This document shows, piece by piece, positions 20,650 through 29,923 of a DNA stretch of 64,000 nt. Origin of the DNA: an uncultured Candidatus Saccharibacteria bacterium (GTDB taxonomy: Bacteria > Patescibacteriota > Minisyncoccia > Phycocordibacterales > DAORIS01); NCBI GenBank assembly GCA_964644035.1, contig CAZXUH010000001.1, positions 67,712-131,711 on the forward strand, written 5' to 3'. Position 1 is the first letter of the stretch. Each line of letters begins with the position of its first letter. The position numbers and the translations under genes are program-made. Below the pieces are notes generated by a model, which had not been told where the DNA came from, did no database searches, and saw only the letters and a program-made list of their open reading frames with translations.

Positions 20650-21306
20650 ATGAATTACCATATCATTACTCTTTTTCCAGATTCTCTCGATTCATATCTC
20701 AAAGAATCGATTATTAAACGTGCTATTGAAGACAAGAAAATAAAAGTTTCTTTCTATAATCCTCGCGACTATGCCGACAATAAACACGATCGCATTGATC
20801 GCAAGCCTTATGGCGGCGGTCCAGGTATGGTCATACAAGCCGAACCCGTGATTAAAGCCATTGAGGAAGCTCTTTCTGCTGCTAAAAAAAGAAAATCAGG
20901 AAAAATAAAAACTCGTATTATTTTTCTTTCACCGCAAGGAAAGCAATTTGATACAGCCTATGCAAAATCCGCTGCAAAAAAGTATACAGATATTATTGTT
21001 GTCTGCGGAAGATATGAAGGAATAGATGCTCGGGTCAAAAAAATATTTAAAATGGAAAATGTCTCTGTCGGACCGTTTGTGCTTACTGGCGGAGAGCTCG
21101 GCGCTATGCTTCTTATTGACTCTATCTCTCGTCAGGTCAAGGGCGTGCTTGGTCATATCGAATCACTCGAGGAATCGAGGATAGCAAGTAGTGATGTCTA
21201 TACTCGGCCGGAGGTGTTTACCTATAAAAAGAAAAAATATAAGGTTCCCAATGTATTGCTTTCGGGAGATCACAAAAAAATAGACGATTGGCGGGCAGGG
21301 CACTAA
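20650..21306 (+). CDS. trmD: tRNA (guanine37-N1)-methyltransferase
   Basis: IITLFP...YGGGPGMV...LSGDH are SPOUT TrmD signatures. Confidence 0.85.
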   Translation: MNYHIITLFPDSLDSYLKESIIKRAIEDKKIKVSFYNPRDYADNKHDRIDRKPYGGGPGMVIQAEPVIKAIEEALSAAKKRKSGKIKTRIIFLSPQGKQFDTAYAKSAAKKYTDIIVVCGRYEGIDARVKKIFKMENVSVGPFVLTGGELGAMLLIDSISRQVKGVLGHIESLEESRIASSDVYTRPEVFTYKKKKYKVPNVLLSGDHKKIDDWRAGH

Positions 21307-21385
21307 GATTTTATTATTTTTTGAGCGTTTCTTCATAGTGCTTTTGCCATACTTGTGTGATTAAAAATAAATCACATATTGTTGC

Positions 21386-21733
21386 ATGGATAAAAAATAT
21401 TTTGATGAGCACTTTTCCTCCTTGAGGAAAGATATGTTTAGTGAGTTTCAAAAAATAGATAAGAGATTTAAAAAGATAGACAGTCGATTTAAAAAAATAG
21501 ATGGCCGTATTGAGAAAATGGAAAATCGGTTTGAGAGGATGGATGGTCGACTTGATAAAATGGATAGTAGATTCGATCGTCTTGAAACTCGTTTCGATGT
21601 TTTAGAAGGAAAATTTAGTGTAATGCAATCGGATATATCGGTGATTAAAAATGAAATTGCTGATCAAGGCGACAATATTGTGATTTTAATGCAAAATGCT
21701 GTGCATAAAAAGGAGCTGGTAAAGTTGCCATAA
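21386..21733 (+). CDS. heptad-repeat coiled-coil protein of unknown function
   Basis: Eight consecutive D/E-x-R-F-x-K/R-I/M/L heptads (DKRFKKI DSRFKKI DGRIEKM ENRFERM DGRLDKM DSRFDRL ETRFDVL EGKFSVM). Confidence 0.55.
   Translation: MDKKYFDEHFSSLRKDMFSEFQKIDKRFKKIDSRFKKIDGRIEKMENRFERMDGRLDKMDSRFDRLETRFDVLEGKFSVMQSDISVIKNEIADQGDNIVILMQNAVHKKELVKLP
21446..21613 (+). repeat. 8 degenerate tandem 21-bp repeats encoding the heptads
   Basis: The units read gataagagatttaaaaagata / gacagtcgatttaaaaaaata / gatggccgtattgagaaaatg ... Confidence 0.7.
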
Positions 21734-21736
21734 TTG

Positions 21737-21745
21737 TGGTATAAT
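21737..21745 (+). promoter_or_regulatory. extended -10 (TGgTATAAT) promoter element for rnpB
   Basis: TGNTATAAT lies 6-8 nt upstream of the inferred RNase P RNA 5' end. Confidence 0.5.
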
Positions 21746-21749
21746 AGAT

Positions 21750-22100
21750 GTACGTCGGGTAGCTGCTCTTTTGGGCGAAAGCCTGAAAGGGAGGAAAGTC
21801 CGGACATTCGCTCGTCTTGGCTCCGCAAGGAGCGACGACGAGAAGGGTAGTGGGTAACACCCACCGTTATAGATAGAGGTGCGAACAGAGACGAGCTCGC
21901 AGCAATGCGAGGTGAAACGGCAAAATCCTTACCTGAATGCAAGGCCGCGTCCCGAGACATATCGAAAGATATTTCAAAGGAAGAGCCGCTCGAGCTTGCG
22001 AGCAATCGCAGGCCCAGATATATAGTTACCTATATCCGCCTTCGCTCCTTGCGGAGCTACGACGAGATAGAACAGAATCCGGCTTACAGACGTCAATCAT
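21750..22100 (+). ncRNA. rnpB: RNase P RNA (bacterial type A ribozyme)
   Basis: P4 5' strand GGGAGGAAAGUCCGGAC and P4 3' strand ACAGAAUCCGGCUUAC. A P3 GNRA hairpin (gggcgaaagcc), P2 gtagct/agctac pairing, and a P10-12-like AAGGGUAGUGGGUAACACCCACC. The region is GC-rich relative to its flanks. Confidence 0.85.
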
Positions 22101-22104
22101 GAAT

Positions 22105-22130
22105 CCGCCCCTAAAGGGCGGTTTTGTGTT
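22105..22130 (+). terminator. terminator after rnpB
   Basis: ccgccc-ctaaa-gggcgg followed by TTTTGTGTTTT. Confidence 0.7.
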
Positions 22131-22180
22131 TTACACAGGTAGATGCAATTTTTTACAATCGATGATGTATAATATCGCAT

Positions 22181-24583
22181 ATGCAAACACAACAGGATTC
22201 ATCTGCTTCATCACAGAGGTGGATAGATAAGGTTCCATTTTTAGCAATATCTTTACTAGTAGCTCTCTTACCAGTCTTTATCATCCCATTGCCGACGATT
22301 GCAGGGATGAGTAAAATGCTTTTATTCGCTGTCTCGACGATTCTCGTCATCATTGCCCTTGTTATTTCTTTCCTTAGGGAGGGAAGAGTGGCGGTGCCCA
22401 AGTCGTGGAGCGTGCTCACCTTTGGCATTATTGTTGTGGTAATGCTTATTAGTGCTATTCTCTCTGGTCATGCTGCAAAAGGAATCATAGGAGATCTCGA
22501 TATGGATACGGTTGGTTTTGGCCTCCTTGCCTTCATTCTCCTGTATGCTATTCCACTGATCATTACGACACGCTCTCGTGCCGCAATGCTCATTGGCACC
22601 TTTCTTATTTCGATAAGTGCATCGACCCTCTTCTTCATCACACGTCTTTCATTTGGCGTGCGACATCTTACACTTGGGGTGTTTAGCGATTTGAGTGCCA
22701 ATCTTTCTGGTTCGTGGAACGATATTGGTATTCTTGCTGGATTGGTATTTATCGTCAGCCTCTGCGCACACGAACTCATTCCAACCACGCGCGTGGTGAA
22801 AAATGTCCTTAGAGCTATGCTTGTCTTGAGCTTCTTAACCCTCACGATCGTCAACAATCTTACGGTGTGGATCATTATCGGTGTAGCTATGCTTCTGCTC
22901 TTTGTATATAGCTTCTCATCTACACTTGGTAAAAGACAGACGACAGAAGAAAAGACTGTTTCATATCGTGTTCCGGTCTTACCCCTCGCTGGTATCATCG
23001 TCTGCGTCTGCTTCATTTTGATTGCTTTGAGGACAAATCCATACAACTTCCTCGGTTCTCTTCCTCAGATGTCATATTTCAATCGTTATAATGTAAATCT
23101 TGTTGAAGGTCGCCCTTCATTTGGTTCGACGTGGAGTGTTGGTGTTGCAACACTCAAGGACAAACATATTTTTGGTGTTGGTCCAAACCGTTTCTCAACA
23201 GCATGGAATCTTCACAAGGATCCTCAGGTCAATCAGTTTCCTTTCTGGAATATCGATTTCAATTACGGTTACGGCATAGTCCCTAGCTCATTTATCACCC
23301 TCGGTATTCCTGGTGTCTTGGCATGGCTTGCATTCCTCGTACTCTTCTTATTCTCAGGTGTCATGCTTATCTTCAAGCGTTACGGTGACAAGACAAGTCA
23401 GTTCTTGGTCGCAGGATCATTCCTCGGTGCGGCATATCTATGGTTCTTCGCAATCGTCTATACGCCGGGTGCTGTAGTGTATCTCTCAGCTATTATTCTT
23501 ACAGGTATTATGCTCTCTGTTAAAGAACAAGCATTTAAAAATGGCTACAAGACAATCAACTTTATCTCTGACCCACGAATTGCCTTCGGTTTTGTTCTCG
23601 GTCTAGTACTCGTACTTATCGGTAGCGTTGTTTCTTTCTACTGGATTGGTACGGTCGCTGCTTCAAATGCCTACATGCTCAAAGGTATTCAAAATATCAA
23701 TGCAGGGGACGTAAACAGCAGTGAAATCAATATCAACAATTCATTGCGTATCAGACCTACCGATACTGGCTACAGACTTCTTTCATCTGTCGGTCTTGCC
23801 CGTGCTCAGTCAGTCCTTCAGACAAGTACCGGAGATGCCGCTACCGCTCAGCTCAAGACGATTATGCAGAGCACGCTCTCTATTGCAGCAGCTGCAGTTT
23901 CACTCGATGGAAGCAATTATCAAAACTGGATCAATCTTGGTCGTGTTTATCAGTTTATAACTGCTCCTGAAGCTGATGATGCGTATGGCGAAGGTAAGAA
24001 AGCTTACACAGAAGCTGCAACACGCAATCCAAGCAGTCCATATATTTCATTGCTCAATGCTCAGCTCGAAGAAGCTCATGGTGACAAAGAAAAAGCAAAA
24101 GAACTTGTCATAGAAGCAATCAATAAAAAGCCAGACTATCTCGATGCCTACTACCTCTTGTCTCAGATGTTTGTAGATCAGGGCAATACTGATGATGCGG
24201 TCAATACATTGGCAGCAGCGGTACAGGTAGATTCAACCAACTCAGTCTCATGGTTCCAGCTCGGCGTGCTCTACTACTCATCGGAAGATTATGACAATGC
24301 ACTCATTGCATTCCAGCAAGCAGTTACCTACAGTCCTGAATTTGCCAATGCTCGCTACTTTGGTGGACTAACACTCGATAAACTTGGCAATGAAGAAGAT
24401 GCACTCAAGGTATTTGAACTTCTCAAGCAGTCAAATCCTGACAATAAAGAAATAGACACGATTATTGCCAATATCAAGGCTGGCCGACCTGCTGTACCTG
24501 ACAATGCGACAACTCCTCCAGCTTCGACAATCGTTTCTCCATCTACAGACGACGATGCTTCTACCAGCTCTGACGACGAGTAA
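22181..24583 (+). CDS. O-antigen ligase-like (Wzy_C-type) polytopic membrane protein with C-terminal TPR repeats
   Basis: About 12 TM helices at the N-terminus and at least 4 TPR-like repeats at the C-terminus (YYLLSQMFVDQGNTDDA..., WFQLGVLYYSSEDYDNA...), ending in an acidic Ser/Asp tail. Confidence 0.5.
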   Translation: MQTQQDSSASSQRWIDKVPFLAISLLVALLPVFIIPLPTIAGMSKMLLFAVSTILVIIALVISFLREGRVAVPKSWSVLTFGIIVVVMLISAILSGHAAKGIIGDLDMDTVGFGLLAFILLYAIPLIITTRSRAAMLIGTFLISISASTLFFITRLSFGVRHLTLGVFSDLSANLSGSWNDIGILAGLVFIVSLCAHELIPTTRVVKNVLRAMLVLSFLTLTIVNNLTVWIIIGVAMLLLFVYSFSSTLGKRQTTEEKTVSYRVPVLPLAGIIVCVCFILIALRTNPYNFLGSLPQMSYFNRYNVNLVEGRPSFGSTWSVGVATLKDKHIFGVGPNRFSTAWNLHKDPQVNQFPFWNIDFNYGYGIVPSSFITLGIPGVLAWLAFLVLFLFSGVMLIFKRYGDKTSQFLVAGSFLGAAYLWFFAIVYTPGAVVYLSAIILTGIMLSVKEQAFKNGYKTINFISDPRIAFGFVLGLVLVLIGSVVSFYWIGTVAASNAYMLKGIQNINAGDVNSSEININNSLRIRPTDTGYRLLSSVGLARAQSVLQTSTGDAATAQLKTIMQSTLSIAAAAVSLDGSNYQNWINLGRVYQFITAPEADDAYGEGKKAYTEAATRNPSSPYISLLNAQLEEAHGDKEKAKELVIEAINKKPDYLDAYYLLSQMFVDQGNTDDAVNTLAAAVQVDSTNSVSWFQLGVLYYSSEDYDNALIAFQQAVTYSPEFANARYFGGLTLDKLGNEEDALKVFELLKQSNPDNKEIDTIIANIKAGRPAVPDNATTPPASTIVSPSTDDDASTSSDDE

Positions 24584-24591
24584 GCTCGTAC

Positions 24592-26259
24592 ATGGTAAAA
24601 CAAACTCTGGCAATCTTTCATAAAGAGATACGCGGCGTCTTACACGCTGCGTATTTTCTTGCCGGCTTCTCGCTCCTGTCCCAATTGCTTGCTTTGGTAA
24701 GAGATAGAATCTTTGCGGCGACGTTTGGCGCGGATAAAATGCTCGATTTGTACTATGCAGCATTTAGGATTCCTGATTTTATTTTCGTCATTGTCTCTTC
24801 GCTTATTTCTGTGTCGGTTTTGATACCACTCTTGCAATCGCGTATGGCCGATGGTGATGAAAAGGCAAAAGATTTTCTCTCAAATATATTCTCAGCATTC
24901 TTTATTTGTATTGGTGGGGCAGCACTCATAGCATTCTTTATCGTGCCGTACATTGTGCCGAGTTTGTTTCCTGAACTCAAAGCCCAGAGTTATGAGCTTG
25001 TGGTTATGACGCGATTGATGCTTCTGTCACCGATCTTGCTTGGTATATCAAATCTTTTTGCCAGCGTTACACAGGCCAAACAGCGTTTTGCACTCTATGC
25101 ACTGTGTCCTGTCTTCTACAATATCGGTATTATTCTTGGCGTTGCAGTGTTCTATCCGCTCATTGGCAGTATCTATGCCTTGGCGGCAGGGGTAGTATTT
25201 GGTGCACTGTTGCATGCGGGCATACAGATACCATATATGGTTAGTCTCGGTGTTATGCCACGCTTTAGCAGGGTAGAGTGGAAATCGATTTGGAATATTG
25301 CTCGCATATCATTGCCTCGCACACTTTCGCTTTCTATATCTGAGATTACGGAGTTTGTGATGGTGATTATTGCCGGCATGTTGACTGTCGGCTCGATCTC
25401 TATTTTTAGTCTGTCGTGGAATTTGCAGTCTGTTCCGCTGTCGATTATTGGAGTGAGTTATTCGGTGGCTCTTTTTCCTATCCTTTCCAAACTGATTCGT
25501 GATGGTGATGAAAGACTTTTCTTGGAAAAAGTAGTGCACACTACGCGTCATGTTATTTTTCTTGGCGCTATTACGACTGCGGTGTTTATTATTGTTAGAG
25601 CACAGATTGTGCGTACGATCTTTGGCGCAGGACAATTCAATTGGGACGATACTCGATTGACTGCTGCGGCGCTAGCCCTTTTTGTCTTATCTCTCATACC
25701 TCAATGCCTCATACTTGTCCTGACACGAGCATTTTACGCCCTAGGCAACACCAAAACGCCCTTTGTCACCAATCTCTCATCTTCAGTGGTTATGATCGTC
25801 ACGGCCTTTTTGACGCCGTATTTTTATGTACAGTATCCAGCTTTTCACAGTGCTCTCGATACTGCACTTAAGGTAGTAGGGATTGAGGGTACTGAAGTGC
25901 TCATGCTTCCTTTAGTCTTTTCTATTGGTTCATTTATCAATGCATTGCTTCTTGGAATTTTCTTCACCAAAAAAGTCAAAGGTTTTGCCAGTGCCGTACT
26001 GCCTGCTATTGCTATACATGTCACATCGGCAGTGATTGCTGCATGTGCGAGCTATTTTTGCCTCTATGCAACAGCATCTATGTTTAACACAGAGAAATTG
26101 CTCGGTATATTTGGACAAGGATTTATTGCAGGTCTTGCTGGTATTGGTACTGGCATCCTTTTCCTCTATATTATAAAGAATCAAGAGTTTACTGAATTTG
26201 TAGAAAGCTTCACCAAGTCAAAACGCAAACCGATTGCAGGACCGGATGCAACTATGTAG
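24592..26259 (+). CDS. murJ: MOP-superfamily flippase, probable lipid II flippase MurJ
   Basis: N-terminal LALVRDRIFAATFGA...DLYYAAFRIPDFIF pattern and about 14 TM helices. Confidence 0.65.
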   Translation: MVKQTLAIFHKEIRGVLHAAYFLAGFSLLSQLLALVRDRIFAATFGADKMLDLYYAAFRIPDFIFVIVSSLISVSVLIPLLQSRMADGDEKAKDFLSNIFSAFFICIGGAALIAFFIVPYIVPSLFPELKAQSYELVVMTRLMLLSPILLGISNLFASVTQAKQRFALYALCPVFYNIGIILGVAVFYPLIGSIYALAAGVVFGALLHAGIQIPYMVSLGVMPRFSRVEWKSIWNIARISLPRTLSLSISEITEFVMVIIAGMLTVGSISIFSLSWNLQSVPLSIIGVSYSVALFPILSKLIRDGDERLFLEKVVHTTRHVIFLGAITTAVFIIVRAQIVRTIFGAGQFNWDDTRLTAAALALFVLSLIPQCLILVLTRAFYALGNTKTPFVTNLSSSVVMIVTAFLTPYFYVQYPAFHSALDTALKVVGIEGTEVLMLPLVFSIGSFINALLLGIFFTKKVKGFASAVLPAIAIHVTSAVIAACASYFCLYATASMFNTEKLLGIFGQGFIAGLAGIGTGILFLYIIKNQEFTEFVESFTKSKRKPIAGPDATM

Positions 26260-26270
26260 TATAGAGCTCT

Positions 26271-28058
26271 ATGGATATTAGTCGTATCAGGAACTTCACA
26301 ATTATCGCTCACATCGATCACGGCAAGTCGACGCTGGCCGATCGTATGCTCGAAATCACCAATACCGTCGAAGCTCGCAAAATGCGCGAGCAAGTACTCG
26401 ATTCTATGGAGTTGGAGCGCGAACGCGGCATTACGATTAAGATGCAGCCGGTGCGCATGAAGTTTGGCGAATACATGCTCAATCTTATCGACACTCCTGG
26501 ACATATCGATTTTTACTACGAAGTGTCTCGTGCTCTCAATGCGGTAGAGGGTTCTATTCTTTTGATCGATTCTACGCAGGGTGTACAGGCTCAAACGCTC
26601 ACGACACTTGGCATGGCTCAGTCTTTGGGTCTCAAAATCATTCCTGTACTGAGCAAAATCGACTCTCCTCAGGCCAGAATATCTGAAGTGAAAAAAGAAG
26701 TAGCAGAACTTATCGGTTGCCAAGAAAGTGAAATTTTGGAAGTGTCTGGAAAGACAGGGCAGGGTGTAGAAGATCTTTTGAAAGAAGTAGTAAAGCTTAT
26801 TCCGCCGCCTAAACAAGAATTTGTAGATACAAAAAGCAATCGTTCGCTTATTTTCGATTTCCAGTACTCAGATCACAGAGGAATTATTGTCTATGTCAGA
26901 ATGTTTGATGGTTCGGTTAAAAAAGGTGATGAGCTTCGTTTTGGAGTGTCAGAAAAAACATTCAAGGCTATAGAAGTCGGGTATTTTGGTCCGCAGGAGG
27001 TCGTGGCTGATTCGCTTTCTGCGGGTCAGATCGGATATATTGTGACGGGTATAAAAGAGCCTGGCGTGGCTTCTGTCGGAGATACGATTACTACCGCTCG
27101 TTTCTCGCTCCCAGTGCTTCCTGGCTATCAAACGCCCCTTCCAGTGGTCTGGGCATCGCTCTATCCTGAAAGCCAGGATGATTTGCATGCACTTCGTCTT
27201 GCTCTTGGTAGACTGCGTCTCTCTGACTCATCGTTTTCTTTTGAAGAAGAGTCATCGGGTGCGCTTGGAAGAGGTTTCAGATGCGGATTCCTAGGCATGC
27301 TTCATTTGGAAATCATTACTGAGCGTCTCAAGAGAGAATTCAATATGAGTCTTATTGTCACGACGCCGTCTATTACCTACGAAGTGACGACGCGAGATGG
27401 AAAGGTGCAAACTATTTATTCACCAGTCTTTTTCCCTGAAGATGGAATGGTGACGCTGGTGCGGGAGCCATGGGTCAATATGAAAATCATTACTCCTCCA
27501 GAAACGGTTGGTCAGCTCATGCAGCTTCTCTATGATCATGAAGCTAAGATAGGCGAGACGCTCAATTTTGGCGAACATAGAACATCGATTTCTGTTTCAA
27601 TGCCCCTCAGGGAAATGATGCGCAACTTTTTTGATGAAATAAAGAGTGTCACGTCTGGATATGGATCGATTTCATATGAAATAGGGGAAATGAAAGATGC
27701 AGATGTGGTGCGAATGGATCTTTTGGTGGCCGATGAAATCGTACCAGCCTTTTCTCGCGTTGTTTCTCGCCGACGAGTAGAAGAAGAAGCTGAAAAAGCT
27801 GTTAAAAAGCTCCACACTATTTTGCCAAGACAAATGTTTACGGCTAAGATTCAGGCAAAGTCTATGGGTAGGATTATTTCATCGGAAACACTCTCTGGAA
27901 TGAAAAAAGATGTCACTCAGCACATGTATGGAGGAGATATTACTCGAAAAATGAAACTTAGAGAGAAGCAAAAGAAAGGAAAGAAGAAAATGAAAGACAT
28001 AGGTACGGTCAATATACCTCAGGATGTCTTCGTAAAGATGATGCGAAGCGGGGAGTAA
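26271..28058 (+). CDS. lepA: elongation factor 4
   Basis: IRNFTIIAHIDHGKSTLADR, DTPGHIDF, and a LepA-specific C-terminal domain. Confidence 0.92.
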   Translation: MDISRIRNFTIIAHIDHGKSTLADRMLEITNTVEARKMREQVLDSMELERERGITIKMQPVRMKFGEYMLNLIDTPGHIDFYYEVSRALNAVEGSILLIDSTQGVQAQTLTTLGMAQSLGLKIIPVLSKIDSPQARISEVKKEVAELIGCQESEILEVSGKTGQGVEDLLKEVVKLIPPPKQEFVDTKSNRSLIFDFQYSDHRGIIVYVRMFDGSVKKGDELRFGVSEKTFKAIEVGYFGPQEVVADSLSAGQIGYIVTGIKEPGVASVGDTITTARFSLPVLPGYQTPLPVVWASLYPESQDDLHALRLALGRLRLSDSSFSFEEESSGALGRGFRCGFLGMLHLEIITERLKREFNMSLIVTTPSITYEVTTRDGKVQTIYSPVFFPEDGMVTLVREPWVNMKIITPPETVGQLMQLLYDHEAKIGETLNFGEHRTSISVSMPLREMMRNFFDEIKSVTSGYGSISYEIGEMKDADVVRMDLLVADEIVPAFSRVVSRRRVEEEAEKAVKKLHTILPRQMFTAKIQAKSMGRIISSETLSGMKKDVTQHMYGGDITRKMKLREKQKKGKKKMKDIGTVNIPQDVFVKMMRSGE

Positions 28059-28208
28059 CGCTCTATTACTGCCTTACTATTGATAGAGAGAAGGGATGTA
28101 AAGGGCGATCATACTGACGATCATAATGATGCCGATAACTATCCAAACCTGCCTCAATCGCTTATTGAATTGTTTGTTGAAAAGCATGTGGCGTATATAA
28201 TAGCATAG

Positions 28209-28586
28209 ATGAAGCGTTTTTTAAGGAAAATCCGGTTTACCAAGAAACAATGGCTTATTCTTGCTATTTTGCTTGTGGCTCTCTTTTGGTCCGGCCGAGG
28301 TCTCTATACTATGTATACTCGCTATAGCCAAAGCAAATCTGATTATGAACGTGCCCAAGCAGAACTCAAAAACCTTGCCAATCGTCAGAATGAACTCGAA
28401 AAAAACATTCAGCATCTTGAAACGCAAAGGGGAATCGAAGCCGAATTGCGCACTCGTTTCAATGCATCAAAAGAAGGCGAGGAATTACTCGTGATTGTTA
28501 ATGATAAAGGTAGTGCGAGTGCTGCCACCTCTACTCCCGGACTCGACAGTTGGTGGAAAAGTGTCAAAGATTGGTTCAATAGGTAA
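28209..28586 (+). CDS. FtsB/DivIC-like septum formation initiator
   Basis: A single TM helix followed by a coiled coil (ELKNLANRQNELEKNIQHLE). Confidence 0.55.
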   Translation: MKRFLRKIRFTKKQWLILAILLVALFWSGRGLYTMYTRYSQSKSDYERAQAELKNLANRQNELEKNIQHLETQRGIEAELRTRFNASKEGEELLVIVNDKGSASAATSTPGLDSWWKSVKDWFNR

Positions 28587-28607
28587 TTTATTTAGTGAAA
28601 TGTGAGA

Positions 28608-28616
28608 CATCTGCTA
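28608..28616 (+). promoter_or_regulatory. extended -10 (TGcTATAAT) upstream of the glutaredoxin-like gene
   Basis: The sequence matches the extended -10 consensus and is spaced about 35 nt from the ATG. Confidence 0.4.
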
Positions 28617-28653
28617 TAATGGCAAAGCTAAATAAATTTAACGTTATATTCAC

Positions 28654-28890
28654 ATGAAAGAAGTCATCATTTATTCAACTCCAACCTGCGTTCACTGCAA
28701 ACACGCCAAAGAATTTTTCAAAAACAATAAAATTGATTTTGTAGAATATGACGTACTCAATAACGTTGAAAAACGCACTGAAATGGTAGAAAAAAGCGGC
28801 CAAATGGGCGTGCCTGTTATCTCTGTCGGTGAAGATGTGATTGTCGGCTACGACGAAGAAATGCTAAAGGATCTTCTCGAAGTTCAGTAG
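28654..28890 (+). CDS. glutaredoxin-like protein (NrdH/YruB family)
   Basis: CVHC redox motif near the N-terminus and a GVPVI..G motif. Confidence 0.75.
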   Translation: MKEVIIYSTPTCVHCKHAKEFFKNNKIDFVEYDVLNNVEKRTEMVEKSGQMGVPVISVGEDVIVGYDEEMLKDLLEVQ

Positions 28891-28896
28891 AATTTT

Positions 28897-28971
28897 TGGT
28901 GCTCTCAGCAGGAATCGAACCTACATCTACCCCTTAGGACGGGACTGTTCTATCCATTGAACTATGAGAGC
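28897..28971 (-). tRNA. tRNA-Arg(CCU), CCA encoded
   Basis: Folds as a cloverleaf: acceptor GCUCUCA/UGAGAGC, T-loop GGTTCGATTCC, anticodon loop gUCCUaa. Confidence 0.8.
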
Positions 28972-29006
28972 GTGTGGATACTTTATCACATGATATAATT
29001 ATTCAC

Positions 29007-29273
29007 ATGGACAATGAAGAGATGCTGCAAAAGATCCTTGATCTAGCCGAAGATACTAACCGAAAGACTCGGGCAATGTATCGCGGATACGTGTGGGGAT
29101 CGGCTTGGAAGGTCTTCTATTGGATGGTTATTATTGGTATTGGTATTGGAGCTTTCTACTACCTCCAGCCCTATTTAAACGCCCTAAAGAGCGTTACAAG
29201 GGCCTTTTCCAGTGTAACTAGTACAAGTACCCCTCAATTCGACCTAGAGGGCTTTAAAAGGCTTGTAAAATAG
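29007..29273 (+). CDS. hypothetical small membrane protein
   Basis: One TM helix (WKVFYWMVIIGIGIGAFYYL). The ORF track opens at GTG 28974, which overlaps the tRNA end, so the internal ATG is preferred. Confidence 0.35.
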   Translation: MDNEEMLQKILDLAEDTNRKTRAMYRGYVWGSAWKVFYWMVIIGIGIGAFYYLQPYLNALKSVTRAFSSVTSTSTPQFDLEGFKRLVK

Positions 29274-29335
29274 GGTTTTTACGGTAATATTAGAGCGACT
29301 TGCCGAGATAGCTGTCTTGGTAAATTCATAAGCAT

Positions 29336-29411
29336 GCCGAGGTAGCTCAGTTGGTAGAGCATACGCCTGAAGAGCGTGGGGTCACCAGTTCGAACCTGGT
29401 CCTCGGCACCA
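29336..29411 (+). tRNA. tRNA-Phe(GAA), CCA encoded
   Basis: GCCGAGGTAGCTCAGTTGGTAGAGC..cuGAAga..GGTTCGAACC..CCTCGGCACCA. Confidence 0.9.
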
Positions 29412-29417
29412 CAACAA

Positions 29418-29447
29418 AAAACTCCCCGATCGGGGAGTTTTTATTTT
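29418..29447. terminator. bidirectional terminator (tRNA-Phe / hsp20)
   Basis: aaactccccgatcggggagttt palindromic hairpin followed by T-runs. Confidence 0.7.
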
Positions 29448-29449
29448 GA

Positions 29450-29923
29450 TTAATTGCTACTCTTTACACGAAGTTTTGTCTGGCGATTCTTGTCTATCTT
29501 TGGAAGGGTGAGTGTAAGAAGACCATATTTTTCTGAAGCCTCTGATCCCTCAACATCTACTTCTTCAGGAAGGAGAATGGTTCTTGAAAATGAACCCCAA
29601 TAAAGTTCGCGGTGGAAATAATTTTCTTCATTGATATCACGAGATGTTTCGCGCTTGCCTTTGATCGTCACCATATCGCGAGTAATAGAAATATCGAGAT
29701 CTTCAGGGCGTACGCCGGCTACCATGGTCTGAATAATGATATCATCGCTCGTCTGATAGACGTCAACAGTGAGTTCACCGTCACCTTGCTCTTCTTGAGG
29801 TGCCCAATCTTCCTTTTCATGACCCATTTCAGGAGAATGCATGACATGGACACTGTTTTCCTTGTCCACTTTTATTGCTCCAGTGAGCCTTTCGAAGAAT
29901 GATTTTTTTTCTTTATTCATATG
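29450..29923 (-). CDS. Hsp20/alpha-crystallin family small heat-shock protein
   Basis: Alpha-crystallin domain (VDVYQT...ITRDMVTIKGKRE...FSRTILLPEEVD...GLLTLTLPK). The internal Met start avoids overlapping the upstream gene. Confidence 0.75.
   Translation of the reverse strand, partial: HMNKEKKSFFERLTGAIKVDKENSVHVMHSPEMGHEKEDWAPQEEQGDGELTVDVYQTSDDIIIQTMVAGVRPEDLDISITRDMVTIKGKRETSRDINEENYFHRELYWGSFSRTILLPEEVDVEGSEASEKYGLLTLTLPKIDKNRQTKLRVKSSN

Noticed and set aside
26181-26816. 211-aa minus-strand ORF overlapping the lepA 5' region, plus similar long antisense ORFs inside rpoC (2700..3290), typA (15751..16293), ftsZ (39386..39925), ftsA (40610..41158), rpsA (45329..45826), gyrA (47340..48155) and valS (31669..32127)
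   Set aside because: All lie opposite genes with unambiguous conserved motifs and have no motif content of their own. They are shadow ORFs.
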